A stretch of 64,000 nt of DNA from Candidatus Saccharimonadota bacterium (GTDB lineage Bacteria; Patescibacteriota; Saccharimonadia; Saccharimonadales; Saccharimonadaceae). The notes under the pieces are model-generated. The model had not been told where the DNA came from. It did no database searches and saw only the letters and a list, made by a program, of their open reading frames with translations. Of this stretch, positions 17,350 to 26,672 are shown piece after piece (position 1 is the first letter of the stretch; each line of letters begins with the position of its first letter). Both the position numbers and the translations under genes were made by a program. The DNA is taken from assembly GCA_017432225.1 (NCBI GenBank), contig JAFRJN010000004.1, positions 42,201-106,200 of the forward strand, given 5' to 3'.

Positions 17350-19067
17350 AAAAACAAACAGTAAGGCGAAGAGATTATCGGAAGTTGGAATTCTTTGGAC
17401 TTTTGGTTTTTGTAGCGGCGTTCTTCTTTGCATTTTTGGCCCAGATGAGTGGGAAGTTAGAGAATGATACGAGTGCGGCGAATCTGGCGAATTTTAACGC
17501 GGGGTATATTATATCTGATTATCAGATGACGGATTATAACTCGATGAGCGAGGCAGATATTCAGAACTTTTTGTGGTCGAAAGGAAAATGCTACAATACG
17601 GATTTTCGGTATGTAGGCACGCGGTCGGACAATTTTTCGGATACTACTCCGCCGACGACTTGGCATGTATTGGATGGTCATACGGTGTGTTTAGCGGAAG
17701 AAAATATGAATGGTGAGACGGCGGCGCACATTATTTGGCAGACGGCGCAGGACTATAAAATTAACCCAAAAGTTTTGATCGTACTTTTGCAGAAAGAGAC
17801 TGGATTAATCACGGATCCGATCCCGAATAGCTGGGACTATCAGAGGGCGGCGGGATATGGTTGCCCGGATACGGCGGCTTGCTCGGAAAAGTATTATGGC
17901 TTTAAAAATCAGATTAGAAATGCGGCGTATTTGTTTAGGATTGTGATGGATGGAAATTCCTCATATTATCCGATTGGAAATAATTATATACAATATAATC
18001 CAAATGCCGGATGTGGTGGCTCGATTGTAAATATTCAGAATTTGGCGACCTCGGCGCTGTATAGATATACGCCGTATCAACCAAATGAAGGTGCGCTCGC
18101 CGCGGGATATGGTACGGCATACTGTGGCGCGTATGGGAACAGAAACTTTTATTCGTATTTTGAAGATTGGTTTGGCGACATTAAGAAAGAAGGTTGGCCA
18201 ACTTTGGAAGAAGTAACGAAAAATAATCGAGTGGCGGATGAAAATAGTGACTCAAAATTAACATATCAGGCACATATTGAACATTTTGGCTGGATGGAGA
18301 CAGTGAACGGCGGACAAATGGCAGGGACGACTGGATATGGATTAAGGATGGAGGGGGTGTCAATAAAACTAGATGATAATAAATCTGGAATTGAATATCG
18401 AGCACATGTGGCTGCTAAGGGCTGGCTAGATTATGCGAAGGATGGCGAGCTTGGGGGGACGGCTGGAGAGTCTTTGCAGATGGAGGCAATACAAATAAGG
18501 CTGACGGGAGAGGCGTCAAAATTGTATGACGTCTGTTATCGGGTGCACGTAGCTGGGATCGGTTGGATGGATTGGATGAAAAATGACGAAGTGGCGGGGA
18601 CGACTGGGCAAGGTAGGCAAATAGAAGCGATACAAATAAAAATGGTGAAGAAAGAGTCTAATACGAGCGTTCAATATTCTACGCATATCGCTATAAACGG
18701 TTGGTTAGATTGGACGGAAGATGGAGAGATGGCGGGGACGACTGGGCAAGGTAAACAAATGGAGGCGATAAAAATAAAATTGTCCGATAGCTCTTCGGGT
18801 TCAACATTGAAGTATAAAGTGCACATAGCTTACGATGGTTGGAAAGACTGGACTCGTGAGGGTGAGCTGGCTGGGACGACTGGGCAGGGTAAGAGAATGG
18901 AAGCGATAATGATAGAACTTGACGATGAAGAGAAGCGTGATATTTATTACCGAGTGCATGTGGCGAATATTGGCTGGATGGATTGGGTAAAAAATGGTGA
19001 GATGGCGGGGACAACTGGTCGGTCACTACAAATAGAAGCGATTGAAATAAAGTTGGTAGAAAAATAG
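17346..19067 (+). CDS. Secreted protein with a conserved N-terminal domain and six C-terminal ChW repeats
   Basis: Signal/TM at the N-terminus. Six repeats of about 44 aa of the form Y(R/K)xH(V/I)xxxGW(M/L)DWxxxGExAGTTGxxxxxEAIxI(K/R)L. Confidence 0.75.
   Translation: MKKQTVRRRDYRKLEFFGLLVFVAAFFFAFLAQMSGKLENDTSAANLANFNAGYIISDYQMTDYNSMSEADIQNFLWSKGKCYNTDFRYVGTRSDNFSDTTPPTTWHVLDGHTVCLAEENMNGETAAHIIWQTAQDYKINPKVLIVLLQKETGLITDPIPNSWDYQRAAGYGCPDTAACSEKYYGFKNQIRNAAYLFRIVMDGNSSYYPIGNNYIQYNPNAGCGGSIVNIQNLATSALYRYTPYQPNEGALAAGYGTAYCGAYGNRNFYSYFEDWFGDIKKEGWPTLEEVTKNNRVADENSDSKLTYQAHIEHFGWMETVNGGQMAGTTGYGLRMEGVSIKLDDNKSGIEYRAHVAAKGWLDYAKDGELGGTAGESLQMEAIQIRLTGEASKLYDVCYRVHVAGIGWMDWMKNDEVAGTTGQGRQIEAIQIKMVKKESNTSVQYSTHIAINGWLDWTEDGEMAGTTGQGKQMEAIKIKLSDSSSGSTLKYKVHIAYDGWKDWTREGELAGTTGQGKRMEAIMIELDDEEKRDIYYRVHVANIGWMDWVKNGEMAGTTGRSLQIEAIEIKLVEK
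18264..19064 (+). repeat. Six tandem coding repeats of about 133 nt (ChW-type)
   Basis: Repeated DNA such as gcggggacgactgggcaaggta...gaagcgatacaaataaaa recurs with high identity. The protein repeats are listed in the CDS entry. Confidence 0.8.
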
Positions 19068-20225
19068 TTAATTCAACTTACTGGATTTGACGGAGGCTTT
19101 TTGGCTCTTTAAAAGGGCTTTGTAATTAGGATCTTTGTAGATTTCGTGATATCTTTTGAAATACCAATAGAGATCTGAAAGGGTGATAGAAGGTTCGTTT
19201 GTTGATTGGTAACTATAGTCGCGTAAAAAAATTTTTAAGTATTTGGTAGGTGCGAGTAAAAACGGGCCCATGCCAAAGAGAACTTGCCGAATGCTTTTAA
19301 AACAATCTATATAGGTTAGTTTAGCTTTGGTCATGTCATCGATCACTAGTTGATAATTATTGGTTAGCCTGAATTTGTTTAGAATGGTAGCTTCTAGATT
19401 TTTGTTTCTAGCAAACATTAAATTATGCGAGATACTGCCGGCTACCATGGCGACTTTATCGGCTTGGTTAAAATAGGCGATTTGCTCTTTGACGGTTAAA
19501 TTTTCTGGGCGCATAATTTGGTAGCCATTTTTTGCGAAAATTTTTTCTATTTTTTCTTCGCCTCGTTCTTTGTCGTTACTAAACTTGGTCCTTGAAAAAT
19601 AGATTTTTGAAGGGCATTTTTGTTTGTTTAGAGAAACATTTTTGATAATGGCGTCGATTAATTCTTCGAACTCTTTGGTGTAATAATTTCCACCGGAAAA
19701 GGAAAGCTCTGGGATGATGATTTTTTTAAATCGGGTGGGTTTTTGGATGTTTTTGAACTGACTTTTTTTGCAGCCTAATAATTCTAATAATTCTAAATAG
19801 TTGCCGTCTAGGTCGCCAGGGCCTTGTCGCCAGTTCCAACCACAGTAAGCGATTTTGTATTTTTGGGGATTATTTTTGATATACCAAAGTCTGCCGATTT
19901 GATCACAAATGAAATGTCCCCAATGCTTGATGAAAGGGCCAAAAAAGACAACTTCTTCGTCTACATATTTGACTTCAGCTTCGTCGTAATCGTATTTTCC
20001 GCCAAAAATGTAGCCGTTGCCGGAAAGTTCCACAAAGTTTCCTTTTTCATCGATGACGCCGCCGTCGGCCCAGAGTTTGCTGGAGTTCTCATGGGCTGGA
20101 AGGATGAGGCCATTTTTTATGGTAATAACTTGTAGTTTGTCGGACCTTAAAAAATCACGAGCGCTACTCTTGAGCTCTGATTGGTGTTTTTTGTTCATAT
20201 AGTATTTTATGCTGCCAGTACTCAT
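19068..20225 (-). CDS. Glycosyltransferase family 61 / DUF563-like protein
   Basis: KHWGHFICDQIGRLWY and IYFSR...EKIFAKNGYQIMRPENLTVKEQIAYFNQADKVAMVAGSISHNLMF match the DUF563 pattern. Start set at ATG 20225 (TGTTATAAT-N7-ATG). Confidence 0.65.
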   Translation of the reverse strand: MSTGSIKYYMNKKHQSELKSSARDFLRSDKLQVITIKNGLILPAHENSSKLWADGGVIDEKGNFVELSGNGYIFGGKYDYDEAEVKYVDEEVVFFGPFIKHWGHFICDQIGRLWYIKNNPQKYKIAYCGWNWRQGPGDLDGNYLELLELLGCKKSQFKNIQKPTRFKKIIIPELSFSGGNYYTKEFEELIDAIIKNVSLNKQKCPSKIYFSRTKFSNDKERGEEKIEKIFAKNGYQIMRPENLTVKEQIAYFNQADKVAMVAGSISHNLMFARNKNLEATILNKFRLTNNYQLVIDDMTKAKLTYIDCFKSIRQVLFGMGPFLLAPTKYLKIFLRDYSYQSTNEPSITLSDLYWYFKRYHEIYKDPNYKALLKSQKASVKSSKLN

Positions 20226-20276
20226 TAGTCTAATTATAACATTATGATATAATGTTTTTTGTAGGTTGTTTGTAAA

Positions 20277-21998
20277 ATGAAAAAAAATAAGGATTTTGCT
20301 AGAAAATATTATTTTGCGATAATTATAGTTTTGGCAATTTTGGTGAAACATATAATAACGATCAATTTACCTTTGGATGCGCGGGACCCTTCTGGTGCGG
20401 ATGAATATTTAATGTTGGAGCAAGCTGAACAGTTGGTGGCGGGGAATTATTTGGGGCCGTATAATTATTTGACTTTGGTAAAAGGGATTGCTTTTCCGCT
20501 ATTTTTGGCATTTTCTAATGTGACAGGGATTTCTTTACTTGCGCTTTACAGTATTTTTTATGCGGCGGCGTGTCTAGTGGCGCTGGTGCCGATTCGACGG
20601 ATAATAAAGAGAAAACCTTTGCAGCTTTTGGCATTTCTATTTTTATTATTTTGCCCGGCGACACTAGACAATAATGTACAGCTGATATATAGAAATATGC
20701 TAATTATCCCGCAATCGGTGCTTCTAGTTTCGGCTTTAATGATGATGTACTATCATATTAACGATGAGAAGAAAAATAAATTAGTGTGGTGGACTCTACT
20801 GGCCTCTTTTGCCTGGGTGTTTATGTGGCATACACGGGAAGACAGTATTTGGTCGGTGCCGTTGGTAATTGGGGCTTGGATAGTGATGGGTGTGATGGCA
20901 ATAAAGGAGAAAAAGACTAAAATTTGGAGTAAGCCGATTTTAGGTAAAATTGGAATTATTACATTGCCATTTTTGCTGTTGTTTGCTAGTATACATATAA
21001 TATCTTTGATAAATTATCGGTATTATGGTGTGTATATGACTAATCAGCTGAATGGCTCTAACTATACGAAAGCAGTAATGCTGATGATGAAAGTTAAACC
21101 GGCGGAGGAGATAGAACGGGTAGAGATAACGCGCGAAACTTTGCAACGTTTGTATGAAGTGAGCCCAACTTTTAAGAACCTTGAGGATGTGATTGAGAAT
21201 GATTACGAAAATAAAAATGGTTTAGTGATGGCGGCAGAAGACAACGGAGAAATTAACGAAGATTTGATTACTTGGGAGCTGACTGGCGCCGCAAATGCCA
21301 AAGGATATTACAAGGACGCCAAAAATGCAGAAAAGTTTTGGGGAGATGTATACTCGGAAATAAAACAAGCGGTAAATGAGGGTAAATTAGAAACTAGAGC
21401 AACGCTTCCGTCTAGGTCTTTGATTCCATTCCCGACTAAAGAAGGGAGTTTTGCTAAACTGATATGGTCGATTGGTAGTTTGTATATGAGAGCGGCAAAA
21501 TACGAGAATAGCATAATGAATGTGGAAAAAGTCGATATTGATGAGATGGTGGCTAGGAGGTATGAGGCCATATCTGGTGGATATGCGGTGAGAGAAGCAG
21601 ATGCTTTTGATGGAGCTGATCCGATGGAGGTGAGGGCAAGTCGCTACGTGAGGTGGGCTAGCAGAATAAAGAAAGTTTATGCAATAATAAGTCCGGTATT
21701 GTTGATAATAGGTATTATATATTATATAGGGTTAACCGCGCTAATAATAATAAACGCGGTGAAGAAACGCGCCTGTAGATATTTTGATAGATGGTTGTTT
21801 TTGTCGGCGACATTTGGCGCGCTAACGGTAATGTTGATTGGGCTAGGGTATGTGAATGCATTTATGGTTGATGTGAATGGGTATATTGCAAGTTGTAATG
21901 GGCTACTAAATCTGTTTATTGCGCTGTCTATGGTTTTGATAATCCAAGATGTAGCTAATGTCGTTTTACGATGGCGGAAATGCCGTTCATTACAATAG
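20277..21998 (+). CDS. Polytopic membrane protein, GT-C-like (paralog A)
   Basis: 573 aa. About 8 N-terminal TMs, a roughly 200-aa soluble domain, C-terminal TMs. Acidic motif DARDPSGADEY after TM1. Clear similarity to the 26656-28503 product. Confidence 0.6.
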   Translation: MKKNKDFARKYYFAIIIVLAILVKHIITINLPLDARDPSGADEYLMLEQAEQLVAGNYLGPYNYLTLVKGIAFPLFLAFSNVTGISLLALYSIFYAAACLVALVPIRRIIKRKPLQLLAFLFLLFCPATLDNNVQLIYRNMLIIPQSVLLVSALMMMYYHINDEKKNKLVWWTLLASFAWVFMWHTREDSIWSVPLVIGAWIVMGVMAIKEKKTKIWSKPILGKIGIITLPFLLLFASIHIISLINYRYYGVYMTNQLNGSNYTKAVMLMMKVKPAEEIERVEITRETLQRLYEVSPTFKNLEDVIENDYENKNGLVMAAEDNGEINEDLITWELTGAANAKGYYKDAKNAEKFWGDVYSEIKQAVNEGKLETRATLPSRSLIPFPTKEGSFAKLIWSIGSLYMRAAKYENSIMNVEKVDIDEMVARRYEAISGGYAVREADAFDGADPMEVRASRYVRWASRIKKVYAIISPVLLIIGIIYYIGLTALIIINAVKKRACRYFDRWLFLSATFGALTVMLIGLGYVNAFMVDVNGYIASCNGLLNLFIALSMVLIIQDVANVVLRWRKCRSLQ

Positions 21999-22827
21999 GG
22001 GGAATATACTGAACGCCGTTTCTGTCGGCGGGAAGATACATGCATTCGTAACGGCCGATTTTGACGATACGAGATTTGAGTTCGCTAAAGAAAGTCTCGG
22101 CTTTGACTTTTTCGATCATGGAAGTTTGTTTGTTATATAATACTGATGAAAGTGCATAATTTTCTACTACTGGCTGAACCATTTTGTAGAGCCAGTCAGA
22201 ATCATTGACGTAGGTGCCTTGGCTGAGATAGGCGACGTATTTGGCTTTGCCGTTGGCTAAATTTTTGGCCAGTGTGATGCTACTGTTGGCGGCAACAAGG
22301 TTGATATAGGTGATTTTGGCGGATTCGGCGATTTCGGCGATTTGGTTGGAACTACTTAAGTCGACAATAATGAATTTAAGTTTGCTAAAACCCGTTTGTT
22401 CGCGGAGATTTTGAATTTGCTTGGTTAGGCTGTCATCGGCACTAGTGGCATAAATAATAATTTTGATTTCGTCTTTGATTTTTTCGATGCTAGAAAAGTT
22501 GAAAGTTGGGTAAGAACGGTGATTTTTGATCTGGCGAGAAATGAGACGGAATGGTTGAGTGACTTTCCACCAAAATGAATTCATTAGATATTCGATGAAT
22601 ACGTCGGACATATCATTTCTTTTTTGGAGCTCGTCGATTTGTTTTAGGAGGCGCTCATTTTCTCCGAGAGTTTTTTTGAAGCTGTAAGAGTTGTTGATGA
22701 TAACTTCATTTTCGGTGTCTATGAGGGTGTTCAAATCTTGGTCGCCGACAGATAAATTTTTAGAAAGTTTGTCTAGACGTTCTTCTAAATATTTGATGTA
22801 GGCTGTTTGGTCGTTTTTGTCGATCAT
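21955..22827 (-). CDS. Coiled-coil protein with a possible GT-A-like C-terminal domain
   Basis: 290 aa. N-terminal heptad-rich region, then an SFWWKVTQPFR motif of a kind I recall (from memory, not checked) in polysaccharide-locus coiled-coil proteins. ATGA-coupled to the upstream epimerase. Confidence 0.45.
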   Translation of the reverse strand: MIDKNDQTAYIKYLEERLDKLSKNLSVGDQDLNTLIDTENEVIINNSYSFKKTLGENERLLKQIDELQKRNDMSDVFIEYLMNSFWWKVTQPFRLISRQIKNHRSYPTFNFSSIEKIKDEIKIIIYATSADDSLTKQIQNLREQTGFSKLKFIIVDLSSSNQIAEIAESAKITYINLVAANSSITLAKNLANGKAKYVAYLSQGTYVNDSDWLYKMVQPVVENYALSSVLYNKQTSMIEKVKAETFFSELKSRIVKIGRYECMYLPADRNGVQYIPPIVMNGISAIVKRH

Positions 22828-23726
22828 ATTTTTTCTCCATTAGTTTTTTGAGCGATAATTTTGTCGATGCCTTTTGACAAGGGAATGTTTGGGGTCCAAC
22901 CGGTTTCTTTTTTGATTAGGCTGATGTCGAGTACGTTTTTTTCGACGTCGCATTTTCTGGCGGGGTGATATTCGATTTTGGCTTTTTTATTTAATTTGGA
23001 TTCGGCTAAAGTGATGATGTTGTGTACGGTGTGGCCGATACCAGAGCCGAGATTGAAAACTCTAACTTTGCCTTTGTAGTTTAGGACAGCGATGATCCCG
23101 GCGATAGCATCGTCGATATGAATGTAATCGCGAACTTCTTTGTCGCCCCAGACTGGGATGACTCGATCTTTGACGATGCTGTCAATAATGACGGGGATGA
23201 CACCCTGCTTTTTGCCGTGATAGACGGCTTCACTGTAGGGGTTAGAAAGGCGGATGACTTTGTATTTTAGTCCGTAAAAATGATGATAGAGATGAAGATA
23301 TTTTTCAATCATGAGTTTGGTAATGCCATAATTGCAAATAGGGTTTTCTGGATCAAATTCGGAGTTCTTTTTAGAATTTTCACCATAGACCGTGCCGCCA
23401 GAGGAAATGAAAACGACTTCTTTTTTGAGTTCGGCAGCGTTTTTTAGGAGTATAGTGGTAGGGAAAATATTGTCGGCAATTTCTTGATTGACATTTGAAA
23501 GATTGTCGGATGGAATGATAGTAGACACCATGTGGATAATGACGTCTATATCCTTGATGTATTTAGTAAAATCTTTGCAACCGGTAAAGTCTAGCTGTTG
23601 ATATTTGACATTGGGTAAACCAAATTTTGGGCCGTGACCGATCACGGTAACGTCGTGTTCTTTGGCCAAGCTTGACGCTAAAAAACTACCAATAAAACCG
23701 CTGCCACCCAGAAGTAAATATTTCAT
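22824..23726 (-). CDS. NAD-dependent epimerase/dehydratase (extended SDR)
   Basis: GGSGFIGSFL Rossmann motif and catalytic YGITK. Confidence 0.8.
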   Translation of the reverse strand: MKYLLLGGSGFIGSFLASSLAKEHDVTVIGHGPKFGLPNVKYQQLDFTGCKDFTKYIKDIDVIIHMVSTIIPSDNLSNVNQEIADNIFPTTILLKNAAELKKEVVFISSGGTVYGENSKKNSEFDPENPICNYGITKLMIEKYLHLYHHFYGLKYKVIRLSNPYSEAVYHGKKQGVIPVIIDSIVKDRVIPVWGDKEVRDYIHIDDAIAGIIAVLNYKGKVRVFNLGSGIGHTVHNIITLAESKLNKKAKIEYHPARKCDVEKNVLDISLIKKETGWTPNIPLSKGIDKIIAQKTNGEKI

Positions 23727-25006
23727 GCTGCCTCCTTTATGATGTTTAGTAAATTATTTTCGAATATGCCCATTTCAAAATTTTGCAAATAAACTTGGCG
23801 ACCGTTTTGGCCGATTTTAGCTAGATCGTCTTTGTGGTCGATGATGTATTGGATTTTTTCTGCTAGTTTTGGAACGTTTCCGGATCCAAAGATAAAACCG
23901 TTTTCGCCGTCTTTTAGGTAGTAAGAAGTGCCAGTAGTGTCGGAGCAGAGGACGATTTTTTCTAGCATGAGCGCTTCGGTAGCAACTACGGGCATAGGGT
24001 CATCTAGGGAAGGGAGTACGAGAACGTCAGTTTTTTTGTATATATCAAATAGCCCTTCTCTGGTAACGGAAGTGATGTAGTCAATGTTAGCGTGGTTTCG
24101 AGAGGCAGAAAGAAGGGCGTTTTTGGTGTTTTTGCCGTCGATATCGGCTTCGGAAACGATGTCGCCAATAAAAGTAAAGTTAGCAGCTTTTTGGTATTTG
24201 GGCGGTAGGATTTCGATAGCGTCGAGTAGGATTTTTTGACCTTTTCTTTTGCCGATACTGCCGGGGAGAATAAAATTGACTTTGTCATGTGAAGTGGAGC
24301 TATTTTCTGGGTCAAAAGTATCGATGAGTCCGTAATTTAAGATTTTGGCTGGATAAAATAAATTGTAATTTCTGAGTTGATCAAGGGCGTATTTGCCTCC
24401 GGTATAAACCCGGATGGGCGGAATGATAGTAGTAGGCATGAGCGGGGCAAGATTGTCATAAGTGGCGGTGCCTTCGTGAAGCCACCAGATAATGGGGGTC
24501 TTGGTGCTGCCGTTTAAGCGGTGAATCAAATTGCAATATACTGCGGTAACGATAATAGCTTGGTCAAAACTTTTAATGAAGTGATCTACATACATGGGGG
24601 TGTTTTTGGCTTCCATGATTATTCGACTATCATAAGTAAGCTCTAGTTCGCGGTCAAAGACTACGGGGATGCCACTCTCCAGTAATTCTTTCAGGAGTGG
24701 GCCACGACGCATGGTGATGACGGTGACGAAATAACCATTTTTGATTAGGGCTTTGGCGGCGTCAACGGCAACAACCGGAGCGCCAGTGCGACTAAGCTCG
24801 TGAATGAGAAGTAGGACGTTCTTCTTGGCGGAGAGATTTTGCGGATTATTAGGGGTGTAAATGGTGAGGCCGGGATTTCTGGTGAGAGTGCATTTACTCT
24901 CTCTCCCAGAGGCTATAACCTTTTTAAAAGTGGAAAGGAAAGATTTGGCGTTGTCTTTTTTAAGACACACTTCTAGTTCAAAAAGATTTTTTACCTCGCT
25001 AGACAT
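23723..25006 (-). CDS. Glycosyltransferase family 4 (GT-B, group 1)
   Basis: C-terminal GT1 domain: VLVLPSLDDPMPVVATEALMLEKIVLCSD...DGENGFIF. Confidence 0.8.
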   Translation of the reverse strand: MSSEVKNLFELEVCLKKDNAKSFLSTFKKVIASGRESKCTLTRNPGLTIYTPNNPQNLSAKKNVLLLIHELSRTGAPVVAVDAAKALIKNGYFVTVITMRRGPLLKELLESGIPVVFDRELELTYDSRIIMEAKNTPMYVDHFIKSFDQAIIVTAVYCNLIHRLNGSTKTPIIWWLHEGTATYDNLAPLMPTTIIPPIRVYTGGKYALDQLRNYNLFYPAKILNYGLIDTFDPENSSTSHDKVNFILPGSIGKRKGQKILLDAIEILPPKYQKAANFTFIGDIVSEADIDGKNTKNALLSASRNHANIDYITSVTREGLFDIYKKTDVLVLPSLDDPMPVVATEALMLEKIVLCSDTTGTSYYLKDGENGFIFGSGNVPKLAEKIQYIIDHKDDLAKIGQNGRQVYLQNFEMGIFENNLLNIIKEAA

Positions 25007-25112
25007 ATTAGTATAATTTTAACACACTTTTTTATTCTTTATCAAAACTCCTTGAAAAAATAGGTTTTATTTTTTGCTTCTTTAAGGTATAATGGTGGAA
25101 ACGGAGGAGTTA

Positions 25113-26672
25113 ATGAAAAAGAAAACTGTGATTGTGGTGGGTGCTGGGCCGGCAGGATTAACAGCGGCTTATGAGCTTTTGGATAAATCTGATGACTACA
25201 ATGTGGTAGTTTTGGAAGAGACAGATACTTTTGGTGGAATTTCTCGGACGGTAAATTACAAGGGCAATCGGATGGACATGGGCGGTCATAGGTTTTTCTC
25301 AAAAGTGCCAGAGGTGAACGAATGGTGGGAGAAGATGATGCCGACACAAGGTGCATTGCCATATGATGATAAAATTTTGAAGAGAAAATCTAACACGGTA
25401 AAAGGTGGCCCGGATCCGGAAAAGACTGATAAGGTAATGCTCCGCCGCAATAGGCTCTCCCGAATTTTCTTTAACCAAAAATTCTTTGACTATCCAGTTT
25501 CTTTGAAAGCCTCGACAATTAAAAATATGGGGCTCGGTACGACTTTCGTGGTGGGGTGCAGCTATTTAAAGAGTGCAGTGCATAAAAGGCCAGAAAAATC
25601 TTTGGAAGATTTTTACATTAATCGGTTTGGTAAGAAGCTTTATTCGATGTTTTTTGAAAATTATACAGAGAATTTATGGGGGAGGCATCCGCGTGATATT
25701 TCGCCAGAATGGGGCGCACAGCGGGTAAAGGGTTTGTCGATTTCGGCGATTCTTAAAGATATTTTCGGCAAAGCCTTTGGCAAGAAAGACCGCAAAGTAG
25801 AAACGTCACTGATTGAGGAATTTGCTTATCCGAAGCTTGGTCCAGGGCAGCTTTGGGAGCTTACGGCTAAAGCGGTGAAGAAAAAAGGTGGCGAAATTAT
25901 TATGAACGCTAAAGTGATTGGTGTGAAGAAAAATAGCAAGGACGTTTTGACTGGCGTGATTTATGAAAAAGACGGGAAGAAAGTGACCCTGAAGGGCGAC
26001 TACGTGATTTCTTCGATGCCGATTAAAGATTTGGTGGCGGCGATGAATGATGTGCCGGCCAAGTATGCGAAGATTGCTAAAGGGCTACCTTATCGGGATT
26101 ATATGACAGTGGGGGTTTTGGCGCACAAGTTAGCGCTTAAAAACGAAACGGATATTAAAACTATTGGTAATATTGTGCCAGATAACTGGGTGTACGTGCA
26201 TGACAAAAGCGTGCAGATGGGGAGATTTCAGATTTACAACAACTGGTCGCCGTATTTAGTAAAAGACATTAAAAATACTGTATGGGTAGGTTTAGAGTAC
26301 TTCTGTAATGAAGGCGATAAACTTTGGTCTATGAGCGATGACGACTTTGCTAAAATGGCTATCAAGGAAATGGTAAAGATTAACGTTCTAGACAACGAGG
26401 ATGAAGTGATAGATTATCATGTAGAGAGAGTGAAGAAAGCTTACCCGGCGTACTTTGATACATACGAAAAAATTGACGATTTGCGTGCGTACCTAGATAA
26501 GATTCCAAATCTCTTCTGCGTAGGACGAAATGGGCAACATAGATATAATAATTTGGATCATTCGATGTGTACTTCTTTTGAAACGGTGAAAAATATTATG
26601 AGCGGGGTGACGGATAAAAGTAATATTTGGGAAGTGAATACTGAAAAAGAGTATCATGAAGACAGTAAATAA
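25113..26672 (+). CDS. FAD/NAD(P)-binding oxidoreductase (amine oxidase / UDP-galactopyranose mutase-like superfamily)
   Basis: N-terminal [17 protein letters not shown] dinucleotide-binding motif. Start set at ATG 25113 with GGAGG upstream. The track start at 25092 overlaps the TATAAT box. Confidence 0.65.
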   Translation: MKKKTVIVVGAGPAGLTAAYELLDKSDDYNVVVLEETDTFGGISRTVNYKGNRMDMGGHRFFSKVPEVNEWWEKMMPTQGALPYDDKILKRKSNTVKGGPDPEKTDKVMLRRNRLSRIFFNQKFFDYPVSLKASTIKNMGLGTTFVVGCSYLKSAVHKRPEKSLEDFYINRFGKKLYSMFFENYTENLWGRHPRDISPEWGAQRVKGLSISAILKDIFGKAFGKKDRKVETSLIEEFAYPKLGPGQLWELTAKAVKKKGGEIIMNAKVIGVKKNSKDVLTGVIYEKDGKKVTLKGDYVISSMPIKDLVAAMNDVPAKYAKIAKGLPYRDYMTVGVLAHKLALKNETDIKTIGNIVPDNWVYVHDKSVQMGRFQIYNNWSPYLVKDIKNTVWVGLEYFCNEGDKLWSMSDDDFAKMAIKEMVKINVLDNEDEVIDYHVERVKKAYPAYFDTYEKIDDLRAYLDKIPNLFCVGRNGQHRYNNLDHSMCTSFETVKNIMSGVTDKSNIWEVNTEKEYHEDSK

